64,000 bases of DNA from Felis catus (taxonomy: Eukaryota): contig NC_058368.1 in NCBI RefSeq assembly GCF_018350175.1, positions 160,272,001 to 160,336,000 on the forward strand, read 5' to 3'. Shown piece by piece: positions 50,470 through 64,000 of the stretch. Below the pieces are notes generated by a model. The model did not search any database. It had not been told where the DNA came from and worked only from the letters and a program-made list of their open reading frames with translations. How positions within the stretch are numbered: position 1 is the stretch's first letter; every line of letters begins with the position of its first letter. Position numbers and translations under genes: made by a program.

Positions 50470-51582
50470 TTTAAACATTGGGAAAGAAGTACCAAATCAA
50501 CCAGAGAAACTTCTGCCTTCAAGGGGAAATCAACAAACAAATTCTCAGTGTACAGTATAATTTTTTATTATTAAATGATATAAAGAAAAATAAAAACCAG
50601 GAAAGGGAATGGAGAATGATGGGGGGAACCAAGTTTTAAATGTGGGTTGGAAGTGGCCTCAAAGAGAATGTGACACTTGAGAAAAGGCCTGAAGAAGGTG
50701 AGGGAATGATTCCTGTGAATGTCTGTGGTTGGTGTGTTCCAGGCTGGGGGAACAAGTACAAAGACCCCGAGGTAAAAATGTGGCAGCTACATGTCTGAAT
50801 AGTGGACATGGGAGGAAAATAAGAGGATTATAAATGCCTTCTTGAGTATGAGGAACATCAAAGAGACCTCTGGGCCTAGAATGGAGTAATGAGGAGGAGA
50901 ACAGTAAGATATGGTGGCAGAGAGATAATGGACAGATTGGGTAGGACCAGATAAATCACTGAGAAGACTTTGGTTTTCAGTCTGAAGATATGGATTATGG
51001 GAAGGCACTGGAGGATTCTGAGCAGAGGAGTGACGCAATCTGACTTAGTTTTTATACAGATCTCTCTTGTTGCCATGTTAAGATTGGACTATGGGTGGCA
51101 ATAGAAAAATGAGTTTAGAGACATTGGTGGCTTGGACTCTAGTTGATAATAATGAAGTGAATGAGAAGTGCTGAGAATTTGTACATTGTTTGAAGATAGA
51201 ACTGGAATAATTTTCTGATTAAATAGGGGACTTGAGAGACAGAGGGGAGTCAATGACAACTCAAAGATTTTAGCTCGAGCAACTGGAAGAATGGCCTTGC
51301 CGTTGACAGTGGTGTAGAGGGCTGAGGTGGAACAAGTATGGAAGTTAAGTTTCAGGCATGTTAGGTTTGAGAAATCTCTTCAATTTTTGAGCAGAGGTGA
51401 CAATTGGATACACATATGTGGAGTTGAGTATAGAGATGGGCTGAAAATATGTATTTGGGAGACAGCAGCCTACATAAATGGTATTTAAAGCCATGAGCCT
51501 GGATAAGATTATCAAAACAATGAGTGTAGATGGTGAAGAGCAGAGGACCAAGGACTGAGCCTGGGGCACTCCCACATTAAGT
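50470..51582 (-). mobile_element. L2a fragment
   Basis: gtgacacttgagaaaaggcctgaagaaggtgaggga...ggtatttaaagccatgagcctggataagat...gactgagcctggggcactcc. Confidence 0.88.
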
Positions 51583-51818
51583 CTGTCAGCTTTTGCTTTA
51601 ATGTATAGTCTGAGGTAACGTTAACACCTGTGTTCGGTCTGTGACTTTCTAGAATCTCTCAATAAAGTATTCCTTCTATAATTTTGTTATGACATTCTTC
51701 ATCCCCAATGTTTTGTTTGTTTGTTTTTGTGTTTGCTTGTTTGTTTTTGCCTTAAACTATTTTATCCAATATTCTGCTATTTGAGCTTACTTTGGGTTAG
51801 TATTTGATGGTATAAAAG

Positions 51819-52028
51819 TTTTTTTTAATGTTTATTTATTTTTGAGAGATAAAGAGATGGAGCACAAGCAGGGGAGGGGCATAAAAGAGGGAGACACAGG
51901 ATCTGAAACAGACTCCAGGCTCTGAGCTGTCAGCACAGAGCCTGATGTGGGGCTTGAACTCACGAACCATGAGATCATGACCTGAGCCAAAGTTGGAGGC
52001 TTAACTGACTGAGCTACCCAGGCATCCC
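51819..52028 (-). mobile_element. Can-SINE
   Basis: Tail, body and end caggcatccc. Confidence 0.95.
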
Positions 52029-52998
52029 AGGTGGTATACCTTTTTAAAAAATATTTTATATTTTTGAGAAAGTTATGTTTTAGGTTATCTTCTTAAAACA
52101 GAGTATAGCTGGATTTAAAAAAAATCTTATTCATTTGTTAATTAATATTTGTTTCCTTTGAATCAATTTACTTTGGGTTTGGAATCCCAATCCAGCTGCT
52201 CTGGTGAGAAATTGAACTTGTGTCAGTCTTGGGAGATTGGCTTTCCCTTCCAAGTCTCATTTGTCAGTGTTCTGGAGTTTCATGCAGTACAGCAGGGTTT
52301 GTGGGAGGCAGTGATACTTTGGTTATTAGCCATTAGTCCACGTGGGTTTTCATGGAGGTAAGCATGATTTTTATCTTTAGCTTTTTTGGGTCTACTGGAG
52401 CTAGGCATCCCAATGTGATAGTCTTGTGGCCTTGCATGGATCGAAAAGCCATCCATTTCTAGGGTCTTGATTACTCTCTTGGGCATTTCCAGAGAGTCAG
52501 GCCTTGGTCTTCCTAAATCATAGTCCTCAGACCTGTTTGTTTTTATTTTTCTCATACCTGTTTTTATCTTTTATCCTCCAGGGTGAGAAAGTTGACCTAT
52601 TTCTTTAGTTGGGGGAAAGCTTCTCTATTCATCCCAACAATTTTTCCTCTCTCTGAAGCTGGGCTTTTGGAAACCAAATGTGTAGAATTCTGGTAGGCTA
52701 CTTCAGCCTTTTTCCTTGCTGTTTGTGAGCATCTGCTGAGAAGCATTGAGGGACAGAACCTGTCACCCAGTTAAGTACAGGAAATTAATGGAAAATAGAA
52801 TAAATACCTTAAATAATACTCCTAAATACTACCTAGCCACGAATGCAGACTAGACCCCTAAAGCAAATTCTAGACTCCACATCTTGAATTTAAATCTCAG
52901 GTTTATCCTCTCTTTAAAAACAAGCAAACAAGCAAAAGGAATGAAAAGACAGAGGAAAGGAAAGAGAGAGAAGGAAAGAAAATGATATTTTTATCAGA

Positions 52999-53157
52999 CC
53001 AGGGCTGCTTAGCCTAGTCCTGGAATTCATTAAGACTGGGGACTCTCTGAAATTCTATAGAGAAGTAAGTTGGTTATGTGTGTTTGAATGTTTCTGGGGG
53101 GAAGTTCTTCATCTTTAAAATCTTAATATTTAAAGAAAAAAAAGTTAAAGATTACTG
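52999..53157 (+). mobile_element. MER103-like hAT MITE
   Basis: cagggctgcttagcct...ctctctgaaatt...tttctggggg...aaaagttaaagattactg. Confidence 0.55.
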
Positions 53158-53683
53158 GTTTAAAATATTCTTGTTTGTTTGCCTTTCCCTAATAGCATAT
53201 GGAGAGGCTACTGACTCCAAGTGCATATAAAACACAGATTACTTATGAATTAAAAAGTGACAGCAAATTGATATTTAAAAAATTTTGAAAACATGTGCCT
53301 TTATAAATTTTGGAACCAAATATCTCAATTGTTATAATGCCTATTTAAGGGAAAACTTTACTTTTAATTTTCATGGTTAAATTTTTCTCTAATGTATGAC
53401 TGCTGTTTTAAAAGACTATATTAACATGATGTTTACTTGGTTGTTTCTCACATTTATGTATTTCTATTACTACAGAAGTTTGCAGAAATATATCCCAATG
53501 GGATTTTTTTTGTAAAATACATGTTGAAAGGGAAGTGATAACTATGACTTTACTTTTTTATTGATATATATATTTAAATATATCTGTTTAAATATTATAG
53601 GTATTTAAATATACATATTTATCAGATTGTGTTAATGAAGATATTCACTAGTAATTTAAAATTTAACTTGGAAAATTACTCTT

Positions 53684-53715
53684 TTTTTTTGAGAGAGAGG
53701 ATGAGTGGGGGAGAG

Positions 53716-53768
<53 letters not shown>

Positions 53769-53891
53769 CTTAAGCAGGATTCATGTTCAGCATGGAGCCT
53801 GATGCAGGGCTCGATCTCATGACTCTGGGATCATGACCTGAACCAAAATCAAGAGTCAGATGCTCAACTGACTGAGCCACTCAGGTACCCC
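53684..53891 (-). mobile_element. Can-SINE with expanded (GA)n
   Basis: (GA)n at 53720-53766; flanking attactctt repeated. Confidence 0.95.
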
Positions 53892-56800
53892 TAAAACATT
53901 ACTCTTAAGATCTAAATCAAATGGACATATGCCATGTAAATGAAGTTATTAAATATCTCTGGGATAATATTTATCTTGCTGAAAAATTAAAAGGAAAAAT
54001 GTTTCTTCTTGATATAGAAATACTTGTCCCAGTGAACATCTCCTGATTTTAAGATGTCCTAAAGAAAAACACCCCTTCCTATAAAACATACTGCATTTAG
54101 GTTGTCATGGTGCACACGGCAATGGTTGGAAGCTATCCAAATCCTCTGGCTGGGTATTACAGTTCAAAGTTAATGAATAGATTAAAATATATCTGTATTC
54201 AGAACTACTCGTAGGCTCCTTCTAATATTCTGAGCACAACCTGTGTGCTGATTTTTTGCTTCCTCAGAGCAAAGGTAATAATTGTCACAAGGTGAATATA
54301 TTTAAACTTCCTGAAAATAAATAAAAGTCTTATGATAAAGAATTTATGTTCTGTGATCCTTGAAATACTACTGGATACATGGAACTTGCTAATATTTTCA
54401 ATGTCCCAGATTTTATCCTTATCCTGCCCCTTTTTAACTTTACCATGATTATCAAAATTGTCCTCAGCTTTGTACCTAGCTTTTGTCTTTCCCTCTACCT
54501 TGAACCACCATGTTTGACATGTCTTTCATCTTCGTTGGCTGAAGTTCCCTCATATGAATTCTTAAAAATTAACAACCAAGTCAAGAGTTGGCTAGTAATA
54601 AAAGCCTCACCACTTAGTTTACTTATTAGATTTTATCCCTTTCTTTTTAGTGATATAATTAATTCCATTTATTTCTCTTTGTGTACCCAACATATGTTTA
54701 GATCAGTCTTTATACTTATTGGTCTTACTGTTAATTCATAACCTAATTGGAGGAAAAATCAGCATGTTATAAACTACCTAATTATCCTAAGGAATCCTCT
54801 CTTAATGTATTTTCCCCTTTATGTTGGCTGTCAGAAAGCTCAAACATAACTTATTTTTACTTGCCATAGTTTAAGATTAGACCTGCTGATTTTATTACTT
54901 TCATCCTTTATTACCTGACACATGTTTTCATTTAGCATATCTGATTGATTTGTAAAAAGTGCTTTAAAAATTATAAGGACCTCAGTTATTTTGGGACATA
55001 AATTGTAGTGATAATCCCTTTTGACTTAACACCATCTCTGGGATTGACCACAGAAGATGCAGTCCTGGAACTCAGACCCTAGAAATGTTCTCCCACATAG
55101 GGATCTATCTCTGGCTTGTGCAAAGATGAATATAGAGTGTCAAGAGTCCTGCCCTAGAGCATTCTGATTTCCCTCCCTCCCACTCCTTCTGGGACTTAAA
55201 GGGAGTCTTGCCTGAAACTAGCAAGGCCCAGAAGGAAAGATAGATGGAATACCCCCCATCTGCCCCTGCTTAGAGGGAGCAATGATTCAAGGGCATTTTT
55301 GGAAGAATCTGTATATAGTTTGATTTTTTTTCTTTTCCACGTAATAAGGAATCTAGGCAGCCTTTGTTAGCCTAATTTTTAACCATAGCTTTTGTGACTC
55401 TGTGGGAGCTTTCCCTATCTCTCTCCCTATTTCATGTTCCATTCCTCAGTCACAGACCTACTGCATCCTCTGTACTTGGGATGTGAGACTATAGCCCTTT
55501 ACTGACATGGTAGTTTCCCCAGGCCTGAAAAGAAACACTTCCTCTTGGCTGCTTTAAGCCAGGGTTGAAGCGGCATCCAGTCCTTCTCTGTCTCTCTCTG
55601 TTATTTTTGATCTTCCTGCTCTGAGAATTCTTGGCATATTGAGTTAATTGGTAAGTTCTGTACTTCACTTCACTTTGATAAAACTCCTAGCTACACTGAG
55701 ACTTGCATCCTGGCCACCACTTACTTTAGTCCCTTTTCTGCCAGAAGTGAGATGAGGTGAAACTGCTCTCAGCCAGTTTTGCTCATTATTAGGTTCTCCA
55801 GGGAAAGGTTAGATTGAAGAAGATTGAATGTGTTGGATAGAATAAGGTTGGGATTTATATGAGGATTTCCAGTCCCATGCATTCTGTATTCTCCATTATT
55901 GAGGATTATTGCAAACTGACAGTAAGAACAGTAATGAGGTATATGAAAATATGAGATGGAATAGAATGAAATTAAGCCATGTATCATTTGTCAAATGATG
56001 TCTTTTTGGTGTTTCGGTGAAGCCTACTGAATCCTGATTTTTTTTTTTTTTTCAAGGAGGGCATAAAAACCTTACTAAAGTAAAAGATGCTGGAGGGGGT
56101 GGAATAGAAACGAGAAATCTTAGGGGAAAATGATGAATCAAAAGCCTTTTCTTTTTCTATTGGTAAATTAAATGTGTGAATGAATTTTAAAATTGTGGAC
56201 AAATTGTCGCTTGTTATTTTAGAGTGCTCAACAAATTGTTCATCACTGAGGAGAAATAAAATCATGTCTATTTCTGAGCAAATTTGACTGGCTTTATGTA
56301 GCAGGAACAAAGGTTTTACATAGTCTTAAGTCTGCAGTATTTCTTCCAGCATTCTCAGACAGAGAATTAGAGCAGAAAATGTTTTTTTAGCAAAATATGA
56401 GTTACTAAAGCTAGGACATAGGTTGGGGACAGAAGTCCCCACATTTAAATGAAATTAAGAAAATATTCATTTGAAAGGACAGTTTTAGAGACTTGGTACA
56501 TTAGTGGTCAACTCTTATGTTGAAACGGCTGGTTTAACGTTGGGTTACAAGTTTCCTAAGGGTATTTATTCCTAAGTGGCTGTAACTTTAATGTAGGTGT
56601 GTCTTTGAATGAATCAAACTTTTAATGATTGACTTAGTATATGACCTATGCTTTCCTTTGTTGCTAAGTAGTAGAGAAAACATGTCTGTCCAAAAAGTTG
56701 GGACAAATACAGATTTTAGTATGTCAGAGCATACTTGAGCATGCTGGTTTGTTCATGTACCTAAGGAGAAATCCTAATGTATCAAAATAGCAACTTTTTA

Positions 56801-57499
56801 CTAGATCAGCGAGATTAAATTCATCCCTTTCTACCATGGGGATGCATAAATATGATCTAATGATCAGGTCATAAATGTTCTGAATTGATTTTTCTTTTAG
56901 TGAAGAAAGACTGTAGATTTTGTAATTTTTTTATTTTGTTTTTAAAAGACATCTCACATTCTCCTTCTGAACAACAGTGTTGCTTATCTCTTTGATAAAT
57001 GCGGTCCTGTGGCTTTAGAATAGATATTCAGACTGATGGAAGAAAAGAAAATGTGAAAAGTGAAAAATGATTTAATAATAGTATTCCCAGAAGCATGGAC
57101 ATTCTTAGAAACAGGACTCTGATCAACAGTCTCTGGAGATATGAAAATGCATTAGATGAGCTAGACCCGGCAGCTTGATCTTGTCCTCTGCTATGGGCAT
57201 GTCCTTGATTTGATCAGTTTTTCTCTGTGAGATTTCCCCAGGAACAAAGTCTCTAGGCTTTCATATGTTTCCTTTCAAGTGAGAGCCACAGGTGTGACAC
57301 ATTTTGAAAGCTATGTTTGTCAACAGACTCCAGCTTAGAGGATGAGTAAAAACACAAAGCCAAACTTTGAGGTGATTTTCTGTCAAACCACAGTAGTTAG
57401 TCACACCAGCAGCATTGAGGACCATCTTGAAAATCTTACACATGTTAGGATGGGGAAATTCCTTTTTAGTGTAGGGGAAATCAATTATGACATTCATTA

Positions 57500-57620
57500 G
57501 ACTATCACTAGAACAAAAGACTCATGAAGGCAGGGGCTAATCTGTTCTGTTGGACTCAATGCGTGGCATAAAGCAGAGAATTCTATTCAGTTTTGCTGAA
57601 AGCATAAAATGAGATGAGTG
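57500..57620 (+). mobile_element. L2 3' end
   Basis: cactagaacaaaagactcatgaaggcagggg...atgcgtggcataaagcag. Confidence 0.6.
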
Positions 57621-58759
57621 GTAAATCAATTGTATTCTTACAATACTTTTGATGAGTCTTGCTATTTTGCTTTTTCTAAGTCTGAACTCATATGTAGATA
57701 ATATTTCATATGAATGAGAAGTAAATGAGTAGATCTTTTAAAATCCATAAACATTATAAATTGTGGATTAGAACCCTTGTTTTCTGTTAGATATATCGAT
57801 ATCTTTAGAACAGTTAGAACTCAAGGCTATCATACACTCATACATATAAAGGATATAATTGTGACTGTCTTTAGGGCAATACATTGTTGTGTAGACATTC
57901 AACGTGTAATGAGGCAGAATGGGGAAAACCCACACTTCCGTAAGTAATTTAGGTGCCTGAAAGCAGCTTTACATAAAACTGCCATGTAATTCAATCAAAA
58001 GAGATGTGCTGACTTTGTCTATCCATGTAATTGCTCCATTTCCTGATTTTTTATTGTGTTGTTTGTCATAAACAGAACGGTTTTTGATTATCATGAAGAC
58101 TATTATAAAACAAATAGACCAGTGAGGTCATTATGTGTGCCAAAGTTTTGTATTCTACTCAGCAAATTTCCTCTTTGTGTTTTCTGTTTCAATCTGGGTG
58201 ATTGAAAAATTACTGACATCTCATCTCTTGTAAGTGTTCTGGTAGTCTTTGGGTTAACAATTCAATCCTTGTTGCTTGCAGATTTCTGTTGATGGTTATG
58301 GTGATTCACACCAATTGATACTTGCTCATATGAACATATGGTCATGATGAAAAGCATTGACTGGTTTCTGTCATTGGCTGTTTGCACAACATGGAGTAGA
58401 TTGGCTTACTTTTAAATTAAATTTTATCGTAGGAAAAGGTATACGTGATACAAACTTGAGAGTACATACTCAAAAAGTTAATCTGATAATTAAATAAGGG
58501 AATACACACAACTGCCTTAGCCCAAGGCTGAAACATAGTCTTATTTTTTCCTTTTTTTAGTTTTTAGAATATTCATATTTCTATTAGGAATAATTTTTTA
58601 AATAGGCATGGACATCTATTTCAGGGTGTAATTGTAATTCCTTTGATCAAAATGTTTTTGTGCATTTTTTCCAGCACCTATAAATAATAAAGACATTTAT
58701 TTCATGCTATCTTCTCTTTCAAATATTATATGAACAAATTTTCCATAAAACATCATGAT

Positions 58760-58920
58760 ATATTAGAAAGAGTGCTGAATTTGGAGGCACATAATTCATA
58801 ACCTATATGCTAAATGACAGTGTAAATTACTACACATCATATAGGCCCAGTTTTCTTATATTTGAAATAGAGAAAACATATTCTATGTCATGCAGGGATA
58901 GGTGTGAGGGTTAAGACATA
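58760..58920 (+). mobile_element. MIR fragment interrupted by a SINE
   Basis: gaaagagtgctgaatttggagg...cccagttttcttatatttgaaatag...tgtgagggttaa. Confidence 0.55.
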
Positions 58921-58925
58921 TACGT

Positions 58926-59135
58926 GGGGCATCTGGGTAACTCAGTAGGTTAAGCGTCCAACTCTTGATCTCAGCTCAGGTCATGATCTCACAGTTCATG
59001 TGATACAGTCCCTGCATCAGGCTCTGAGCTGACAGTGCAGAGCCTGCTTGAGATTCTTTGCCCCTCTTTGGCTCACACAGGCGTGTGCGCTCTCTCTCTC
59101 TCTCAAAATAAATAAACACAATTTTTTTTAAAACA
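58926..59135 (+). mobile_element. Can-SINE
   Basis: ggggcatctgggtaactcagtaggttaagcgtcc start, (CT)n, aaaataaataaa tail. Confidence 0.95.
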
Positions 59136-59379
59136 AATATATGTGAAACTGTACATAAATCTCAAAGCTGTAGAATAAATATGATGAAAAAAATCAGATA
59201 ATCTCATCCCTAAATTAAAAAATATATATATATACAGCATTCTCAAAATATATCTTATCTGAGGTGTCCAAGGGGTATTTGGTAAAAGGATATTTTACTA
59301 CTTATCAAATATTACTGCTAACAAAACAATTAGAAAGCTGATAATAGAGTGAAAATAAAAATCATTGAGTATACCGTCC

Positions 59380-59900
59380 CTTAGATATTACAACATACAT
59401 AGGCATGTATGAGAGATCTTTTTTTTCAGAAAGATATTTTGATTTTTCCACATGAATTACACACATCTTTTCTTGTGAAGTATATCTTTCCATAATCTCA
59501 TTTAATAGTTGTATGATATTTAACACATATAATTTGTGACTAAATTTTCATTATGGTGCTTGCTATTTTTTTACAATGATTAACGACACTGTGATGAGCC
59601 ATATTACAGTTAAATTGTGAACATTTTAAATTATTTTTTATGGTAAAAGTTGAGAAATTAAGTTGCTGGGGAAAAGCATAGGTATATGAGTAAAGTTTTC
59701 GATAAACAAAATTCACTTTCTCTCCAGAACAAAAGCACATGTAGTAAGATAATATTTTTATATTCACTGAAGATTTCTCTTAAAATCTCTGCTCATTTTT
59801 TGCTCCTTATTCCATTTTTCAATAGAATATCTTTCATCATGAAAAAGGTGTTAAAAACATAGAAAAATAATTTCTTGCATTAGAGCCTGGGAGTATAAAA
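59380..59900 (-). mobile_element. Old L1ME-like fragment
   Basis: Degenerate gttgagaaatta...gcataggtatatgag...ttcactttctctccag text typical of L1M antisense. Confidence 0.45.
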
Positions 59901-60533
59901 AATCTAAGCTTGAGTTGTTTCTCCAAAAAATTTTGGAGAATGCATGATTTGTAAATAATTACTATGGTTCCTATATAGAGTATGGATTCCTATTCTGATG
60001 AGACAGTAATTGGGAGAAAAACCATTGTTAGATGTTCATGAGCATCCCTGACAGAACCCTCTCTCTTGCCCTCAATACATCTGTGCTGAATGACACCCTG
60101 TTTGGGTGAAGGGGATGACAGAAACCTCAGGTAAATTGGTGGAGTCAGGTCCAAAGACCCATCTATCTCACCTCCCACATGAGGTTCATGGCTGAACCTC
60201 AGCTTTCCTTACAGTACAATGCATCACAGGGGCAGCACAATAGAAATGGATGCAAGATTTTTCTAGTTGAATGGGTCTGCAACAGGTGCCTAGAGCCTCC
60301 TTTATTCCGTGAGTTATGGGAGTGAATGCAAATTCCCATGGGTCCGAATGGACTCCTGCTAGCTAAAAAACAGACTCAGAGAGTTCTTGAGTTAGAGTAC
60401 AAATGAAAACAGAATAGTGCTCTTTGTGTATTAACAGGACGGTATCTATCACGGTATGTATAGGCATGAATAGCTGGACTCTTGCCCAAAAGCTTTGCTA
60501 ACTGATACACTGATACAACTCTTAGAAAGGAAG

Positions 60534-60727
60534 CAGTAGTGTGTTTGGGAGCTAATTTGGTGTGTATTGTTAGCAACTCTTCACATCTTTTTGTTAAGTG
60601 AATGTCAAGTTAGCCAGTTGTAACTGGCCAGGGTATTTATGCCATTAAAAGTGGGGGATGCTATGAATCAGGGCTTGCTTTCCACTCTCCCAGAGATAGT
60701 TGTTAAAAATTTGCTAGCACACTAGTG
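60534..60727. mobile_element. MER63A hAT-Blackjack MITE
   Basis: cagtagtgtg start; gggtatttatgcca, gctatgaatcagggctt, gttgttaaaaatttgctagcacactagtg end, collinear with MER63A. Confidence 0.8.
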
Positions 60728-61639
60728 AAAAAAGAGGCAATTGTATTTTTACTAATAGAAAGTTTGATATTTAGTGGAAATGGGGCTTGAAAGATTAAAG
60801 TATGTTACATTTCTCACACACTTGCATTTTTTTTTGGCCTGAAATTCATATTTGCTACATTCAGTTGATGTATGATGAATACCTACTTGTTTCTTAGATG
60901 ATAGTCATACATCAGGAAGCCATAAGCCATATCCTTTGGCTAATGTAATAAATTGCTATTTCTGAAAACTCCATATTATAGGAGTATCAAAATTGATAGG
61001 TAAAATTAGCAAAAAGAATGTATGCATTTGTATATAATTATTAGATATATAAAACCACTAGTATTTTAAAAATTACTGACAAAACATATCCCTCATGGAG
61101 TATTTTCCCCCAGGGATTAGACTAGTTGAGGCTCTTGCAAAATGTGTTGACCAAAGCTCAGACTGGAGAAAGAAAAAAGTACCTAGAAAATTATCCTGTA
61201 ACAATAATCGACAATCTTTTTTATTATTAGCCCTTTGAACTGCACTGAGCTTAATACGATAGATGTCAAAATAGTCTGGTTATGAGTTAGTGTGCATGAA
61301 GCCTCAGAATGACCAATGGTGGCATGGAGCATTTTTCACAGTAAATTTATCAGTGATCTTTGGCTTTTTGCTTCATCGGATGAAGTCTATTTCTTTTCTA
61401 AAATTTCATGTCTTTTCTGAAAACTCTGTGATGCTTTTTTAACCATAGTTGGCTCAATTTCAGTATTATGCCAAATAGTTTTTTTTTTAATACCTGTAGA
61501 CTCTCCATTTCTCTTGGTAAAAACATCTTAATGTGTGCTTGGTTGTTAAGAAAAGGGATAATATGTGTCTGAAATCATCTCTTGACTCAAAGGTGTATTT
61601 ACTTTTGAACTTACAACAATACAATAGAATACTTTTTTG

Positions 61640-61770
61640 AAATTATTAAATTTTTTTTTCCTAATTTCAAATGGATACAAAAGTTGCACGCATGGTACAG
61701 AGAATTCCTAGAAATCTTTCACCCAGTTTAACCACATGTTAATTCTTACTATATTTTCCTTCTATCTTTA
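61640..61770 (-). mobile_element. L1MC-like 3' end fragment
   Basis: taatttcaaatggatacaaaagttgcac...ggtacagagaattcc...ttcacccagttt. Confidence 0.55.
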
Positions 61771-61919
61771 TTTCTCTTTTTATTAAATGGTCTGAAATAA
61801 AATATAGAAATAAAGGAATTAAATAATGTAATTATATGTATTTCTTAGTTCAATTTTAAGTATTTATCCTCAAAATAGACTTAATGTTTATAGCATATTT
61901 ACAAATATTGATTATGTAT

Positions 61920-62500
61920 TATACCACATGAATCATAAAAATAGCCACAAAATGAAAGTCCTTGATTGAAAAGATGTAAAACTAGAAATTACTAGTAAAG
62001 GAATAACAAAGCAATGCTTCCTTTTTAAAATTAATTTGTTAAAGACAGAAGCATAGCTCCAATTATAAACAACTTAGAAAGAATGATTGTGAAAACTCAC
62101 TATGTTAAAACAAAAAGGCCTAATAAAATAGGAATAGGGGATTAAAACAGAGAAAAAGAGAAATTAATGAAGCAGAAAACAGAACACTAGAGTCTATGAA
62201 TAAACAGAAAAACAATTTTAGAGAAAAAGAAAACTTAAACAGATAAATCACTGTCTTTCAAATTTCAGTATTATGCCAAATAGTTTTTTAATACCTGTAG
62301 ACTTTCCATTTAATTTCAAACTAATTAAAATATAAGGCATACCTGTTCGATATTAACAGGTTCAATATCAAAAATTAGATAAAAATTACAATTGGAGAGG
62401 ACACAAGCATATAGGCCACCTTTGTCAGACAGTGTCTTTGAAACCCTTAAAGATGAACTCAATTTTCAGGAGCAAGTAACTATTAAAATTGAAAAATAAT
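61920..62500 (+). mobile_element. Old L1M ORF2 remnant
   Basis: A-rich degenerate L1 text (aacaacttagaaa...gaaattaatgaagcagaaaacagaacactagag...ttaaagatgaactcaatttt). Confidence 0.55.
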
Positions 62501-62678
62501 ATAAATTAAATAATAAAAAAATGAGAAATGCAAGATTAGTGTATTTAGTATTTGCTATTTTAAGACTCTGATAGTGGGGGTATTTGTTTGTAGAACCAGT
62601 TTAGAAATAAATATCAAAACCCATACATAAGTATACAGATACTTAAAACAGGAATTGCACTTTAAGAATTTATTCTCA

Positions 62679-62896
62679 GGGGCGCCTGGGTGGCTCAGGC
62701 GGTTAAGCATTAAGCGTCTGCCTTCAGCTCAGGTCAGGATCTCACAGTTGGTGAGTTTGAGCCCTGCATTGGGCTCTGTGCTGACAGCTCAGAGCCTGGA
62801 GCCTGCTTCAGATTCTGTGTCTCCCTGTCTCTCTGCCCCTTCCCTGCTCGTGTTCTGTCTCTCTCTGTCTCAAAAGTAAATAAACCTTAAAAAAAA
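62679..62896 (+). mobile_element. Can-SINE
   Basis: ggggcgcctgggtggctcag start; TSD aagaaYttattctcag at 62664-62679 and 62897-62912. Confidence 0.97.
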
Positions 62897-63427
62897 AAGA
62901 ACTTATTCTCAGAAAACAAGTGAATTTGTCAAGAAGACTGCAAGTGATAGTTTCATGTAGCTACTTTGTTGCTTTTGTGACTCCCCCCCCATCATAAGAA
63001 CCATTTATACAGTGATAGAGGAGTAAAGAATTCACCATACATCCCAAATTGAATTCTAAGCAATCATTGAAATGTGGGTCTGAATACATAGACATGAAAA
63101 ATGTTTATGTGATATATTCATGTGCCTGCAAAGCTAGCCAGCCTCTCTCTGTCTTTCTCTCCCTCTTCTTCCCCACAGCCCCACACATGCTCTTGCTCAC
63201 TCTCTCTCTCTTCTTCTATGTCTTCTATTCTCTTGCATGCTTGATGCTTCTCTAAATAGCTCACAATATCCTTGTTCCTGCTGTAAGCTTGGCCTCTCAT
63301 GGCTTTGCCATGCCTCTCCTGGCTTCACCTCTGTCCTGCCTTTTCTGACACAAGTGTTCTTGCCACAAAGCCACATTGCTATTGGTGCTTTGTGTCCACT
63401 CAGTTTTGGAGGTTTAAGGAATAAAAT

Positions 63428-64000
63428 TTTTAAATTTATTCTTGTTTAATTTATATCCAAGTTAGTTAGCATATGGTACAACAAGGATTTCAGGAGTAGA
63501 TTCCTTAATGCCCCTTACCCATTTAGCCCATACCCCCCCCCCCACAACCTCTCCATCTCTGTTTTTCCTCCATATGTGAGAATCTCTTATGTTTTGTCCC
63601 CCTTCATGTTTTTTTTTTTACTATTTTTGCTTCGCTTCCCTTATGTTCATCTGTTTTGTATCTTAAAGTCCTCATATGAGTGAAGTTATATGATTTTTGT
63701 CTTTCTCTGACTGACTAATTTCACTTAGCATAATACCCTCCAGCTCCATCCATGTAGTTGCAAATGGCAAGATTTCATTCTTTTTGATTGCCAAATAATA
63801 CTCCATTGTATAGATATACCACCACTCCTTTATCCATTCATCCATCAGTGAACATATGGGCTCTTTCCATACTTTGGCTATTGTTGATAGTGTTGCTATA
63901 AACATTTGGGTGCATGTGCCCCTTCGAAACAGCATACCTATATCCCTTGGATAAATACTTAGTAGTGCAATTGCTGGGTCATAGGGTAGTTTTATTTTTA
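63428..64000 (-). mobile_element. Carnivore L1 3' end running off the window
   Basis: 3'UTR of the same type as the L1s at 1011 and 32215; ORF 63672-63935 is the ORF2 C-terminus. Confidence 0.96.

Noticed and set aside
55040..55640. GC-richer block as promoter or exon
   Set aside because: CpG-poor, with no convincing ORF or splice pair; probably an ancient LTR that I cannot name.

Overview
AT-rich mammalian DNA, very probably from a felid (cat family), judged from the tRNA-derived Can-SINEs and carnivore-type LINE-1s. The window reads as a repeat-rich intronic or intergenic region. I found no intact protein-coding gene, rRNA, tRNA or CRISPR array; essentially all listed ORFs are L1/L2/SINE remnants or chance ORFs. 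Main contents: one full-length but disabled minus-strand L1 (~32.2-39.1 kb) sitting in the tail of a SINE; several 5'-truncated L1s, one with a twin-priming inversion; about 14 Can-SINE copies, many with visible target-site duplications (TSDs); MaLR/ERVL/ERV1 solo LTRs; old L2/MIR/L1M fragments; hAT elements (MER58A, MER63A, MER103-like); and a 746-bp TA-flanked Tigger/pogo-like non-autonomous DNA transposon. I cannot support a new biological system here. The best leads are a possible unannotated spliced transcript or alternative first exon at 14.4-15.2 kb, the Tigger-like element, a deep nested-TE stack at 40-43 kb, and a templated ~50-bp insertion at 62.3 kb. Repeat family names come from my recollection of consensus sequences, not a search, and boundaries of old elements are approximate.
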